Assembly: GCF_021869535.1 (NCBI RefSeq)
Contig: NW_026262723.1
Coordinates: 92,814,001 to 92,878,000, forward strand
Length of the DNA stretch: 64,000 bases
Source: Mytilus californianus
Taxonomy: Eukaryota
Reading direction: 5' to 3'
Shown: piece by piece, positions 13,501 to 28,500 of the stretch
Layout of the letters: the number at the start of each line of letters is the position of its first letter
Position numbering within the stretch: the stretch's first letter is position 1
Made by a program: the position numbers and the translations under genes
Notes under the pieces: model-generated
The model's input: only the letters and a program-made list of their open reading frames with translations
The model's database searches: none
What the model was told of the DNA's origin: nothing

Positions 13501-16500
13501 TCTAATGATTTTTATCCTTACTTTTCAAAGATTTGCAGAAAGTTGTGTTCTTTATATGTGACGTCATCAGGCATGGTCACCTTTTTTCATGACGCCACAA
13601 TAGGAAAATTCAGAAGAAACCAAGAAAATTTGACGTCATAATTAAATTTCGACCAATCATTTGCTGAGAACAGACATTTCACTAGTGAGGAGAAATATTT
13701 TTCTCACACCGATCAAGAAATGTGAAAATGGCACAAAAATTAGAGAAAAATATTTATATCAGCCCATACTGTTGTCAGGGAAATGGAAGACTATCTTGTA
13801 CAGAATTTAGAAAACAATACATTTTTGGACAAAGGAAATATTTTGCTTTTTAGGGGTTTATCTGTTCTTTTGAGGTAAAAGGGGTATTAGTAGGATACTG
13901 TTTCCATTGGGAAGGCCTAATTGCACCTATTATTCACCTGCATGTTAAAGAAATATCTATTAACATAAATGTATAGTACATTTATTTTACTCCTAATTTT
14001 TATATTTCTGATTTTATAATGATAGTAAGTGGAATTATTTTGGAATAATTTTTATTTTAAAAACTATTTCATATAGATTTTGTTATTTTAATTGGAAAGA
14101 AATAAAGTGAAAGTTTTAATCTCAGGGTATTAACAAATTTAAGATACCAATTAAAACAGTTGTATAATCCTGTATTTCAGAATGAGTTGAATAGACTGAC
14201 CTAGATTACTTTGAAATTAATTACAATGTACTATTTCTTTGTAGAGATATTAGCCATAACAAGTTTACCACGTTCCAAACCAATGTATTAAGTTCACTGT
14301 CAAGTTTACAAAAATTGTAAGTTAAATATCCCAAAGCTCAATTACTGTTATGGACTGAAAACTCAATACAAAGTAATGCTGACACACACAAAAATTCAAA
14401 TTCACAAATGATACTTTCAGTTAGAGCACTTCACCTCCCTGGCATCTTCCATAAGTAATGCTGACACACAAAAATTCAAAGTCACAAATGATACTTTCAG
14501 TTAGAGCACTTCACCTCCCTGGCATCTTCCATAAGTAAGTCATACAACAAACAAAATAGATGGACAATCCAAGAGATTGCTTTAAAGGCTTAAGAATACT
14601 GTAGTCTTTTATAAATCAGCATAACCCCAAAATCAATGAAAATTTTATTCTCCATGAATAATGATGAATCCACTGTATATCTTATGCAGATTTAAATGTC
14701 AAATTATTCTTAGGTCAAGTTACTCATTTTCATGCATGCATAAATAGATGTGAATATAAACAACAGGACCAATCAGAGGTGAACTATTTATATACCGGTA
14801 GATAAATGAAGACAATAATTCTTAGAAGTTGTTGATGATTTATATTTTGTTTCTGACTCGACAAACCACAAAGTAAATTGTTGCTTTTTCTTTTATCCTT
14901 TTAAGATGTTTGGTACACAGAATCCATACATTGCAGGATATCCCAAAAAGTTGTATTTTTGCCTGACAGATATTGAAATGATAATTGGCTAATTTTGTTT
15001 ATGATAAAGTAACATGCTGGGGACTGTTAAATAACAAAATCAGTGCTCTTCTGAATTCTGCATTTAGGAATAAAGAATTTTTAATCCGGTGGCCTAAGTC
15101 CAATTTTAATATGAAAATAAGGAGATGTGGTATGATTGCTAATGAGACAACTATCCACCAAAGTTCAAATAAAGTGTAAGCAATTATAGGCAACCATACA
15201 GCCTTCAACAATGAGAAAACCCATACAGTCAGGACTTGCAAATATTACTTTTTTAAGACCCTTGATGCATAAATCCTTGTATCCAGCTAACTTTAAGTCA
15301 TTTTAAAATATCACAGAATTTGAATTGGGCAGCCATATTTATACATAATAACATACTCTTATGATTACAGAAATATAGCAAACAATCCATTTGACTGCAC
15401 CTGTGATTTATTGTCTTTCCGTAATGAACTAGTCACGCTTGAAACATCAAGAAATGTGGAGTTTGAAGATAGAAATGATGTCAACTGTTCCAATGCTCCT
15501 TCAGTCAACCTCCTGGATCAGGCATCAGAAAGGTTTTGGTGTAAGCATGTACTATATAATCTCTATTATGAATGATTGGCATGCATTGAAATCTATGCAT
15601 ACAAATATACTATTATTATTATAGCATGCTGAAGTAAAGATCTTGAACAAAAGTAGATTAATTAGCCAGAGAATTTTTATTTTAGAATTTTTGTTCAAGT
15701 TCTTCTTTTTATGATATAGCAATGAAATAAGGATTTCTATAAATTACATAAATTATATAGTTGTATAGTTAATACATGTACATACAGTTTGCTTTCTCCT
15801 CTATTTCATTGCTATATTGTATATAAGATATGTAAAATATGCACAAAATAATGAATCAAATATATAAACTGACATCACTTTCCCTATAAATACAAGTGTC
15901 CACATTAAAAAAAATAATCACTGTTTTTCCTTAAAGCTTATTGTGGTCATTATAAGACATGTTTTATTATCGTTTTTTTTAATGGTTTTTCACTCTTTAA
16001 TTTGATAGACTTAAGTAGCTTATAAACTTGTTGGCTCTAGGAAAATCATCTATTTAAGATGATAGAATAACAAGAGTGTTGGTAGTTCCAACAGGTTAAA
16101 AGTTAACATATTTTTAACTTTGTATAAAAATTATGTTGAAAAAACGAATTTTTGTCAGTGCATTCCATTATTTCAGAGTTTTTAGCATATTATATATTTA
16201 TTTTACTTTTATTACAAAGGAAGAATGGGAGTTTGCCATTCTGTTTTATTCCCCCATAAAACTTTGAAGAAGAAATTTAAAAGCCTGTGAAAAAATTGAC
16301 TCATATAGGATAAATATGAAGTTAACCTGTAAAAAGGGGAATAACTCCAAATGTTAAAGAAAATTTTTAATAAAAATAAATTTGGAATGAGTTTGGCTTG
16401 TCAGCTATATTTCTAAAGCCATCAAGTTAAAGAAATTTGAATAGCATTAGTTTTAATGAAAAATCCATAAATTTGTAGCTTGCCAACATTCCATCCAGCG

Positions 16501-19500
16501 CAGAGCTCTTGCCAGCTATATATCTCAAGGTTATAATTTTTATTGGTTTGAAATTGTGGTGCTGGCCATAAGTTTGTTCTAAACTATTTTATGCAACAAA
16601 GCAAATAACATGCAAAAGGGATTGGAGAAAATCAAATATAATTGGAATATCTTAACATGCTTTTGGTTGAATTTAATTTGGTTAATACTGATAATTTTAT
16701 TGGTGAATTAGTTGGGTGGATGATATTTTTTTATATGAAATCTATATATTGATTGTTTATGTTTTATGTGTTTTAACACTGGTGCTGGGTTGAACAGAGT
16801 TTTATGTAGATTGTCATAGGTGTTTTTGGTTCACAGTCACATTTTTAACAATTTTTCCCTTCACATTTTCTGAATATTTAGTGATAATAAGTACAACACA
16901 GTTTCAGATTTATGCAAATGATTTACAAACATTTACATGTGCTTACCCGAAAAATAAAACCCCAATATTAAACTTTAAATTAAAACATTTTTGTTTTATT
17001 AGCTTTCTTATCTGACTGGTACAATAAGACAAATATAAGTAAGTCCCTGTGAAAAAATACTGCCAACATGGATATTTTTGCACTTTCAATGCACAAAATT
17101 TTCGTGCCTTTGACCTTGAAATTGCTGATTTGTATGAAATATTTTCACAAGGGATATTTAAGCACATTTTACAATATCGTGAAATAAGCAAAAATAATCC
17201 CTGCACGAAAATTTCCACGTTTGCAGTAGCCAGAATATTTCATTGTGCTACATACAAAACATCTTGCTCAATAAACAATCTTCTAGGGATTGCTGGGCAA
17301 TGTTCTGCAGCTCCCACTGCTTTTTTTAAATGTTGCAGTAAATACTTGAATTGATTGAATAACAAATTAGATTTTTTTTTTATTTTTGTAGATTTCACTT
17401 AGGTTTGACTAATTTAGACTTAAATATTTAAAAATGTAGATTTTTTTTCTCAGAATAAAAAAAAAAGCTAAAGTAATACAATCTTTTTTTTTCACTAAAA
17501 ACTAAAATTATACACAGATTCTGATTCAAATAATGATTAAAATTAGATGCCTAACCAAATAAGAAATAGTATATTATTTAATTAAAATCCTTTCCATTTC
17601 CCCACTCCCTTCTCCTGACTAACAATATATAATCTGTCTGCTTTATTAACCCTGCTTCTGCTTAAAACTGACCAATCAACATCAAGCAAGTTTACTAACA
17701 CAAACAAGAATGTTTTTTTATTTCAGCATTGTAGGAAAAAGATCAATTTTAAAAAAGGCATAAAGTAATGTAAAATAAATAGAATGTACTTTTAAATGTA
17801 TTTTTATGTACTTTTATTATCACATTTACCTGAATGTGTACACTTTTGTGGTCTATTGTGAGTGCATGAAAACATTATTTGTAAATTTCTTGAAAAAATG
17901 TATTATTAGCTAAACTGTAATGCATATGTTTTTAATGTTAAGAAAATCATTTGGTAATTGTGTTCTCTTGATTTGAAGATCAAAATCTTTTAAGTAGATT
18001 ACCCAATGTATTAGATAGTAGTGATCCTCAATCCCAAATATTCATTTTACATAAAAAGAATTGATATATGTATTAACTGTTCTTAGAAATTTAACTAATA
18101 GCTTCTCTCAAGTCTTGTTTAGAGTAATTTAGTAAAAACTAGTTATTTTAAAAAAAGTTATTGAAAAGAACTAGATATTTAAGTGAAGTATTTTGTGATT
18201 GTTTGTCGATGTTATTTTTATCAGTCTAACATCTCACATATAGTGCACATGTGTTCTCCCTGTTCATAAAATATCTATATATATATAATATTAAAAAATT
18301 TCAATATTAAATAATATAGGAAACGCAATAAGAAAAGTTTTCTTTTATAATAATATATTTACATGTACTTGGAAAAGAATAATTTTTTTTTCAATCGATA
18401 AGGTTAGTGTTAATGTTAATTCTATTTTGCATTCTTTTTTCACCCTTTATATCTTGAAATTGAAACTTTATATCCTACTAAAAATAAATGTTTCCCTACT
18501 ATATACAGTAAATTCTCTTTCTACTTTATTGTTATACTCCTTCAAAATAGTTTTTGTGGTTAAATTTTAGAAAAGATACATTATTGATAAGATTAAATTG
18601 TCTTTTATGGGAGAGCACGCTTGACAATATAAAGATATGGCATAAATTGTTAATGCTTTTATTAACTGACACATTAGTATAATTTGTATCACATATTATC
18701 ACAAAGCATATCACGAGATGCTTTTATATGTATGGCATTGTATGTAAATCAGCTTTTGTATAGTGTAAAAAAGTTTGTCTAGTTGTTTAAACATAATGAA
18801 ATTGGGAGCATATTCTTCTTATTTGTTTCACGAAAATTAGAAACACAGATACTTTTCAGATTGGACAAATTAACGACCAACTATGGACTTTTATAAATTA
18901 TAGATAAACCTGAACTCCTTTCATATCCAAACACAATCATATTTTACCATGTTCAATTTTGGGGGGCCTTGGTGACAGAGTGGTCAGTAGGTCGACTCCA
19001 ATCATTATTGTCTAGGATTGTGATTTTTAATGCCGAAGGTCGGTGGTTCTCATTAGGCATTCTTGCTTACTCCAAGAATTAAAACTGACAGCCATGATAA
19101 AGCCAATAGTGTTGAAGTTGGCCTTAATCATGAACAACTAATCAATCAATCAGTTTTTGTCTCATATTTGGTATGCAATTCACAGTTAATAGAAATGTAT
19201 AAGGTACTGTGGATTCATTATTATTCGTTGAATACCAATTTTCGTGGGTTTCGTGGGTACAGGTAAACCACGAATTCAAATGTTCAACGAATAACATATT
19301 TTCAATAGGCTTAGTATACAGATATTGGCAAAACCACGAAATCAAATATCCACGAATATGCAAGTTTTCAGAAATCCACGAAAATTGATACCCACGAAAA
19401 TAAATGAATCCACAGTATACATGAACTTAAGACATCAATCACAAATGAATGTTTGGAAACTATGTATGAACGGAACAATGCTTTTATTTCTGTTCTTCAT

Positions 19501-22500
19501 CTAAAGAAGTAACTACAAGGTCGCTTATTAGTCTGTTTTAATGCGATGTGTGGTTAAACATCTATGAGAAAACAATACTAAAAATATACATCTAGAGGAG
19601 GATCTTCAACAATGAACAAGTTAAACACTGTATAGCAATCTCAAAAACCTTTATTTCAATTTTCTTTTTTTTTTCCTAGGTCAAATTACAATTTTTTTGG
19701 ATACCAACAAATGTTATACATAATTTCTGTATAAGTTTACAACCATATAACCAAACCATGTCCAGTGATTTAAGCCAAAATAAGGGTTAGTAAATGTAAT
19801 GTTAGGATATAGGACAGAACCGCATAATTAAAAAGAATAATATGCAAGATTTTAAAAAAAGCGTAACTGTTCTTGAAATATGAGTTCTGGTTAAGGCATA
19901 GGACAGAAAGAGAATGACCAGAATCAAGGAATTGTGTAACTTTTTGATATTTTTGTAAGGATAGAAGCTCATATCCCTAATTTTTGGACATTAATCAAGG
20001 TGAGAATTAGGAACAGGTTCAAGGGATTTATGGACCCTTAAATATGTTGCAACAGCTTTAAGATAGTTATAATATTGTTTATACAGATCCTAGAAATAGT
20101 TCACAAATTTTAAAGATAACCACCTTAAAAATTATCCAGGCCAAGTTTAAACTCAGTTATCTAGGTGGTCTCTAAGGGTTACATACTTGGCATCATTTCA
20201 GAGTCAGTGTGAGCTGTAGCAATCAATTGTATATCATTAAACATGTTCATAAATTTTTTCTCTGAAACCATACTTCTATGAAATCACTTGTTCTCAGGGA
20301 CGATAAAAGTTCCACTTTTTAACGAATTCGAATCTGGTGAATAATTTTAACAGTTCTCTGTGGAAGAAATAAACTTTATTCTTTTCACCTTTTACCGTAA
20401 AAGTAGCCTTTAGAAGTTTACTTACCTAATTTACAGGCTATTATTGTCCTCCAACAAACACAGGATTTGGCAAAAATACTGATGATTCAAAGGCTAATAA
20501 TGATGATACTTGTGAGTCAGTGCACATCAATTAAATGTATTTTAATTTAATAGTATTTTATTATTTTCATTTTCGAAACTTATTCATTTTATAGCTTGTA
20601 TTAAATTAGTTCAAATTGCACCACATTAGTTCACAAATAAAGATTTTATATGTAATGGTGGATCATAAAGTATTTTGCAAGTCGAAATGAAAGATGGTTT
20701 AGCTAATGAAATATTTATGAAAGATATTTTGAGAAGATCATTTAAGCAATGAAGCCATTCCACAATTCACCAAATTGATCTCACATTTTGTATTGTTCAA
20801 CAAATACATTTTATAAATGCACACATTATTCTGAATTTTCTCTATAATTGAAATTAGATTGAAATCTCAATCGCTTTGCATTTGGATTGAAGTTTAAACT
20901 TGCAGAATATTTGATGAATTATGTATTGATGTTAATTTCTATTATTTTATTTTACTCTATGCCTTTTTAATTGATTGTTCATTTTCTATATTTTAGTTTG
21001 TGTTTTGTTTTGTTTTATTTTATGCTTGTTATTAACACTATTTCCTAACACATACAGCGTGTTCATCACATAAATCAAAACGTTCAACGCCAGCATGGAA
21101 AAGTTATTGCAGTTCCTTGTCAACCACACATAGATTCTGTGTCGGTGAGTCAGTTGTTGGCACTTTTAACTGTGGTTTGTTCCCCCCTGTGTTGATGGGA
21201 CTTTGTGGGAAAGCTATTTCTATCTTTAATATAGAGTCACAGCTTACTATTGCCCATTGTTAGAGCTAGTTATGATCTCTTTTCTCATCTTTTATCTGTC
21301 AACTTCTTGTTATGAGAAAACAATTGTTGTGTATATTTTACTATGGGTGGATCTGGAGTGAAATATACACAACAATGCAAAAGTACATGTATTTTCAATA
21401 TTGTGATATAGGTATGTGATTCAATCATTATTTTGGAGAATATTTGTAATTGATGTTATGACTTAGTTTGTTAAATATTGTATAATTTCTGCAACTGACA
21501 CTATTGTTCTATTATATCAATTGTATCTCAAGAGTTCTTCACCCCCCCTTCTGGAAATATCTTATTCCCTACAATGACTTGATTATTCTTGTTTATCTCA
21601 AACCAGTAATTAACTATGATAGAAACTTGGTTACATAAAGAGAAGAATAGAAATTATGAAAATGAAATATGTAATTTTTGCAAAAAATGTAGTTAATATT
21701 TGCACCCCTTCAATTCAACTTTTTTTTTAAACAAGGTAATGATTCAAGGGACGGGTTATGGTTGAGGCATAGGATCACCCTCACGGTAGAATATTAGTGT
21801 TTCTTTTTGTTTGTTTGGTTTTTTTAATACATATTTCAGATTTTAACTGCTGCTGCCCTTATTTTTGTTACGCCCTTGTGGTCCCCCTTTTTTAATAAAA
21901 TGTGGATCTTCCCCTTAATAATAATTGTTTGATTGGCTAATTCAGGCTAAATTTGAATAATCAAGTCAGTATATGTTTGGTGTCCCAGGGTACTCTATTT
22001 CTCTTCTCCTTGTGTGGTAGTTTTATATTGAGTATGAAATACATCAAAGAGGCTTTATAAAGAGGTACGTTATTTTCTTACAATTGTTACAAATACGAAA
22101 GACATGGTGGTAATTTTTAGAATGAGAATATATTCCTTGTCATCATGTAAATTTTATGATTACTTGACCTGTTTGATGAGGATTCAGGGTAAAAAGGATA
22201 AATGTATATGCAAATCAGATATGACAGGTTTGTAGGTAATCAGGGTTGTTTCAATACTCTTATTTTTATTTACCACATTAGATGCACATTTGTGTATTAA
22301 CATAATATATGTATATCACATTTTCCCAATCCATTACCAATATATTTATAGTTAATTTAAAAATAGCATTTAAGAAGTAAATATAATCCTCTACATTGGA
22401 GATACATTATTTTTGAACTTTGGACTACCATTCTGTACATGAAATAAGTTCTCTGTTTTATTGAGAGGATTATGTTGACTTTATCGTAGTCCAGATTTGG

Positions 22501-25500
22501 ACTATCATAATTAAAAGTAGTGCTAGTTTATAGCTTATGGGAGCAGTGTAGGATTCAGTGTGTGTTTTTCTTCAATTTGATTTCACTGGATTTAAGTTAT
22601 GATAAATTAATAGATTTTAAATATGCAAAAAAGTTTAAATTTCAGCTAACAACAAAAAGGGTTACTTAAGTATAATGGTAGGTTTGTCATCTTCAAGATT
22701 TTAAATGTACATGATTAATTGTCTATTAGTGACTAATTTTGAAAATGAATACATTACAGTAATTGAGACTACAGTACTCTTGAAAATCTGACATCAAAGG
22801 AATAAATATGATAAGAACTGTACTTCTTGGTTACAAAAATTTCAGTTAGTGTTGAAATTGATTGAAGACTCCAGGAATAGTTGTTGCCCCCGAATTACAC
22901 AAAAATTTGGCATGGACATCAATTGTTTTTTAATTTCAATTCTTGCTAGGAGAAAAAAATTTAAGAAAAAAAAACTGTTAACCGTAAAGGAATAAATTAT
23001 TATCTCCTGTAGATGCTTCAATATTAGATTGTGTATTTCTTGTCTGTAGGTCCTGGGCGACTTGGTTCCTGTTACTTTGATGCAGAGGACAAGGTCAAGT
23101 ATGATGTTTTATTTACAAACACAGAAACTGCAACAGACAATCAAACTTGTATTGAGAAGTGTTTTGACAACAATTCAACATTTGGTATTTTTGAAGACAG
23201 TTTATGTATGTGTGGATACAAACACATAGATTCCAGTAATGAATGCTGGTGTGCATCAAAGGCTTATGTTGATGGGAGTAACATGGCTTGTGTTGACTCA
23301 ACATCAACTAATATTGTCTATGTCAGTACTGTGTATCCTATTTCTGCAGGACTAACAATTGTCCCTTTTGATCGAGTAACGGCAGGACAAAGTCAGACAT
23401 TTACAGCTGAAGTTCAGTTATCGACCATAGTTCAATATATATGGTCATTTGGCGACTCTAGTGAGAGTACATCAGGAACGTCATCCAGCATGACATATAC
23501 CAATAGCCACACATATGCAACAGCTGGGACATACACCATGACAGTTATGGCATGTACCACCAATTCAGCATGTGCCTCCCTATCTGTGTTAGTAGAGGTA
23601 CGGCCATTATTTTCATCAGACAGTATAGATATCACATGTCCGTCATCGTCGCCATCACTGTCATCAACAATAACAGTGACAGGAACCATCAGTGCTGGAT
23701 ACAATACAGAATACAAGTGGACTAAACTACCTACTGATAATGTCACAGCTATTACAGGTATGTGATATAAATAGAATTGAGGTATACATCATAGTCAATG
23801 AATATAAGTCAAGTTGGGGTTGTTGTTGCCATTTTTAGGTAACTGTATGTGAACAAACTATATATTTACAAAAGTACAAAAATGTAATAAAAATACCAGG
23901 ATAATACTACAAAATTAGAAAAAAAATAAGAATTAACTATGCAAACTTCAGAAACAACATATAATTAGTATACTTGGGTAGTATGCATCTGACTTGTCAA
24001 ATTATATTGTATTGATTTCTAACATTTTTTAATTAGGGCCCCGCCGAATGGCGGACACCCTATAGTGATCAGTCTGTCTGTCCGTCTGTCTGTCCGTCCG
24101 TCTGTCCGTCTGTCCGTCCTTAACAAATCTGGAGAACCGTTATGATTTCAAAGTTTATACTTGACATGTTTATTAACCAACACCAGAGGGTGTGTCATAA
24201 TGAATGTACAACTTCCTAGGTCAAAGGTCAATGTCAAAAACTTTGGTTTTAGTTGACAACCCCATGTCCTATGGTAAAGATCATGTCCGCTCTATATCTT
24301 GAGAACCGTTATGATTTCAAAGTTTATACTTGACATGTATATTAACCAACACCAGAGGGTGTGTCATAATGTATGTACAACTTCCTAGGTCAAAGGTCAA
24401 GGTCAAAAACTTTGGTTTTAGTTGACAACCCCATGTCCTATGGTAAAGATCGTGTCCGCTCTATATCTTGAGAACTGTTATGATTTCAAAGTTTATACTT
24501 GACATGTATATTAACCAACACCAGAGGGTGTGTCATAATGTATGTACAACTTCCTAGGTCAAAGGTCAAGGTCAAAAACTTTGGTTTTAGTTGACAACCC
24601 CATGTCCTATATTAAAGATTGTGTCCGCTCTAAATATTGAGAACCGTTATGATTTCAAAGTTTATACTTGACATGTATATAAACCAACACCAGAGGGTGT
24701 GTCATAATTTATGTACAACTTCCTAGGTCAAAGGTCAAGGTCGTAAACTTCAGTTTCATTTGACAACCCCATGTCCAATGATAAAGATACAAATTTTTTA
24801 CCACACATTATTCACAGCGGGGCCCACAGAGATGGCTCCCATCTCAATGATATCTAGTTTTTCCAACTTGCCAGAATTTTCAATATGGTTATGAGCGAGA
24901 CACTAGACACAATTAGATTTAAATAATTCATGGGATGAATTTTGTTTAACAATGTGAACATGCATAATAAAACCGTTCTGATATTATATATTAGAGATAG
25001 ATGAATACTGGCAGCTTTGACCACTTGTCTTGGCAGAGAAAACAATTCTTTTCTGATGTTTTATTCCTTTCCTGGAATAACAACTTTCAGTTTACTGAAT
25101 TGATAAATACCGGTAAACCTTTCAAATGAGAATAAAACATGGTCTTGATATAAAAATAAGAAGATGAGGTATGATTGCAAATGAGACAACTCTCCACAAG
25201 AGACCAAATGACACAGACATTAACAACTATAGGTCATTGTACAGCCTTCAACAATGAGCAAAGCCCACACCGCATAGTCAGCTATAAAAGGCCCCGAAAT
25301 GACAAATGTAACAAACGACAACCACTGAATTACAGGCTCTAAAGCATTAATTTATTTAAAGTAGCCACAAATATTTAGTATTTAAGTAAGCAATTTGATT
25401 GTACATGTAACAACATATATCATATTATTAACTTGCTAATATGCTTATTACTGCTTTCAGATTACTGGTATTTTATTAATTCACCATAGAAAGGTCAAAA

Positions 25501-28500
25501 TGTATTTATATTTTATATTAATAAATTAATGGGTATTATTGATTTAATAAGGACAATGTTTAACAAACATTGGCTAATAGCTTTCAATCAAATAAAATTG
25601 TCTGAATTTTTTATTTTCAGAAGGCCAGTGTGAGGCAACATGGGACTTCTTTAGAGGTCGGTGCCTTCAAGCTCTACTATCTTCTTACACCTACAGTGGA
25701 GCCACATCAACTTGTAATGGTGGCCATTTACTGACTATACACTATACACAGGAGATAACTGATGTCCTCAGCCAATATTCATGTATGTATTATGTTATGA
25801 CCTATGTCCTCAGCCAATATACATGTATGTATTATGTTATGACCTATGTCCTCAGCCAATAAACATGTATGTATTATGTTATGACCTATGTCCTCAGCCA
25901 ATATACATGTATGTATTATGTTATGACCTATGTCCTCAGCCAATATACATGTATGTATTATGTTATGACCTATGTCCTCAGCCAATATACATGTATGTAT
26001 TATGTTATGACCTATGTCCTCAGCCAATATACATGTATGTATTATGTTATTACCTATGTCCTCAGCCAATATACATGTATGTATTATGTTATGACCTATG
26101 TCCTCAGCCAATATACATGTATGTATTATGTTATTACCTATGTCCTCAGCCAATATACATGTATGTATTATGTTATGACCTATGTCCTCAGCCAATATAC
26201 ATGTATGTATTATGTTATGACCTATGTCCTCAGCCAATATACATGTATGTATTATGTTATGACCTATGTCCTCAGCCAATATACATGTATGTATTATGTT
26301 ATGACCTATGTCCTCAGCCAATATACATGTATGTATTATGTTATTACCTATGTCCTCAGCCAATATACATGTATGTATTATGTTATGACCTATGCCCTCA
26401 GCCAATATACATGTATGTATTATGTTATGACCATTCCTTGATGACTGGTTTGTTCTTGAAGCTATTATAGAAAGGGTTACTACATAGAAATAAGACGTGG
26501 TATGAGTGCCAATGAGACAACTCTCCATCCAAGTCACAATATGTAAAAAGTAAACAATTATAGGTCAAAGTACGGCCTTCAACATGGAGCCTTGGCTCAC
26601 ACAACACAGCAAGCTATAAAGGGCCCCAAAATGACTAGTGTAAAACAATTCAAACAGGAAAACCAACAGTCTAATCTATATAAAAAATGAGAAACGAGAA
26701 ACACGTATGAACCACATCAACAAACGACAACCACTGAACAGGCTCCTGACTTAGGACAGGTGCATACAAATGTATGTATTGTTTTTTTTACTGGCAAATC
26801 CAGAGACAGCTTTATCAATAATAGATGTTAATGAGACAGCAAGTATACGTATAAAAAATAATTATATGTGGTATTAGGGCCAATGCGACAACTATCCACC
26901 AGAGTCCAATTATCCTGATGATATGAAAAAGGAGTAGGTCCAGTAAGACTCCTTTTTGGCTCCAAAATATAGCTGTTTTACAAAATTGTTAAAATGTAAC
27001 TTTTTAGTTATTTATTGGAAAGTAGAATACTTCTGCTACATAAATATGGGCTGTTTTTGACAATATAATGCACATATATCGGGTACTAGCATCATTTAGT
27101 CATGCTAAATTACTGAATTCTACACAATTTTAGCATTTGAGTTAAATTTTAGACGGTTTCCATCTTAAATGGAAGTGGCCGCATTTGTGTTCATTCTTAA
27201 TATTTAAATGTAAGTTGTATTTGATGATAATACATAACATATATAAAGGTTGAGAGTGAACAAGGATGCAGCCACTTTCATTTTTGACAAAAACCATCTG
27301 AAAATGTACATATTATGGCATATTTGATAGATTTTTCATATTTAAGCTTGAATTTGAGCGACTGAAATGACTAAATCAGTTCAAATCTTTCACGAAAAGT
27401 AATTGAATCAACTGAAGTAGTGTTTAAAAAGTGTCCAAAATCTTTCATCAGATGAACCTGAAATTTGATGCCAACATCGGCCCTTACCGGTCCTACTCCT
27501 TTGTTTTTTTCCAACACTTATAATATATGGCTATACTTAGGAAAAGATTTCCTAAAGTAATGCCGTAAACAGTGCAGGAAGACACAATCCTTAGGGAAAA
27601 TGCAGTAACAATAAGAGAAATATTGTACCTGGTAGTCTTATTTTCAAACTATAAACTTCCAACAATTATATTTGCAACTACTCTAATTGAAAAATTTGAA
27701 AGAAAAAAGAGTAAAATATTTACTAATAGTTTGACATTATTGTTCAGCTTTTTCGACAATACTACTTGGTGCAACTAAAGATGGTAATGGATACAAATGG
27801 ACCAATGGGAATAAAGCTTACTTCATGGCAGCTGATGTTACAGACTCATCTGTTGGTGGATGTGTTGTGATTGACAGGACCAGTGGAGCATTGAAAGGCA
27901 TTGATTGTTCTTCTTCTCACAGTATTCTTTGTCAAGAAGGTAAATATTTATACTTTGTAATTTTTAGAAGCATTCAAGGTCAAATAACTGTGCAAATAGA
28001 TATAAGAAGATGTGGTATGAGTGCCAATGAGACAACTCTCCATCAAAGTAGTATTATATTATAATGCCAGAAAAGAAAGGAGTACTGGGCATAAAATCAG
28101 AAATCCAGAGGAAAATAACAAGCTTTGAAAAAGTTAACATCACTAAAAAGTTAGCAATCAAACTCACACAAACACCTGAACAAGTAAACAACACTGAAAA
28201 CTTAAATAAAAAACAACTTGCACAAACACTTGAACAAAGTAAACAACACTGAAAACTTATTTAAAAAACAACTTGCACAAACACTTGAACAAAGTCAACA
28301 AAACTGAAAACTTATTGAAAAAACAACTTGCACAGACACTTGAACTAAGTAAACAACACTGAAAACTTATTTAAAAAACAACTTGCACAAACACTTGAAC
28401 TAAGTAAACAACACTGAAAACTTATTTAAAAAACAACTTGCACAAACACTTGAACAAAGTGAACAACACTGAAAACTTATCAAACAAACTATGGTCTATC

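Noticed and set aside
18961-19030. tRNA-like sequence
   Set aside because: No cloverleaf could be folded; treated as a degenerate SINE head.
25779-26537. 252-, 229- and 190-aa ORFs with 14-aa periodicity
   Set aside because: By-products of a 42-bp tandem repeat open in several frames; not independent genes.
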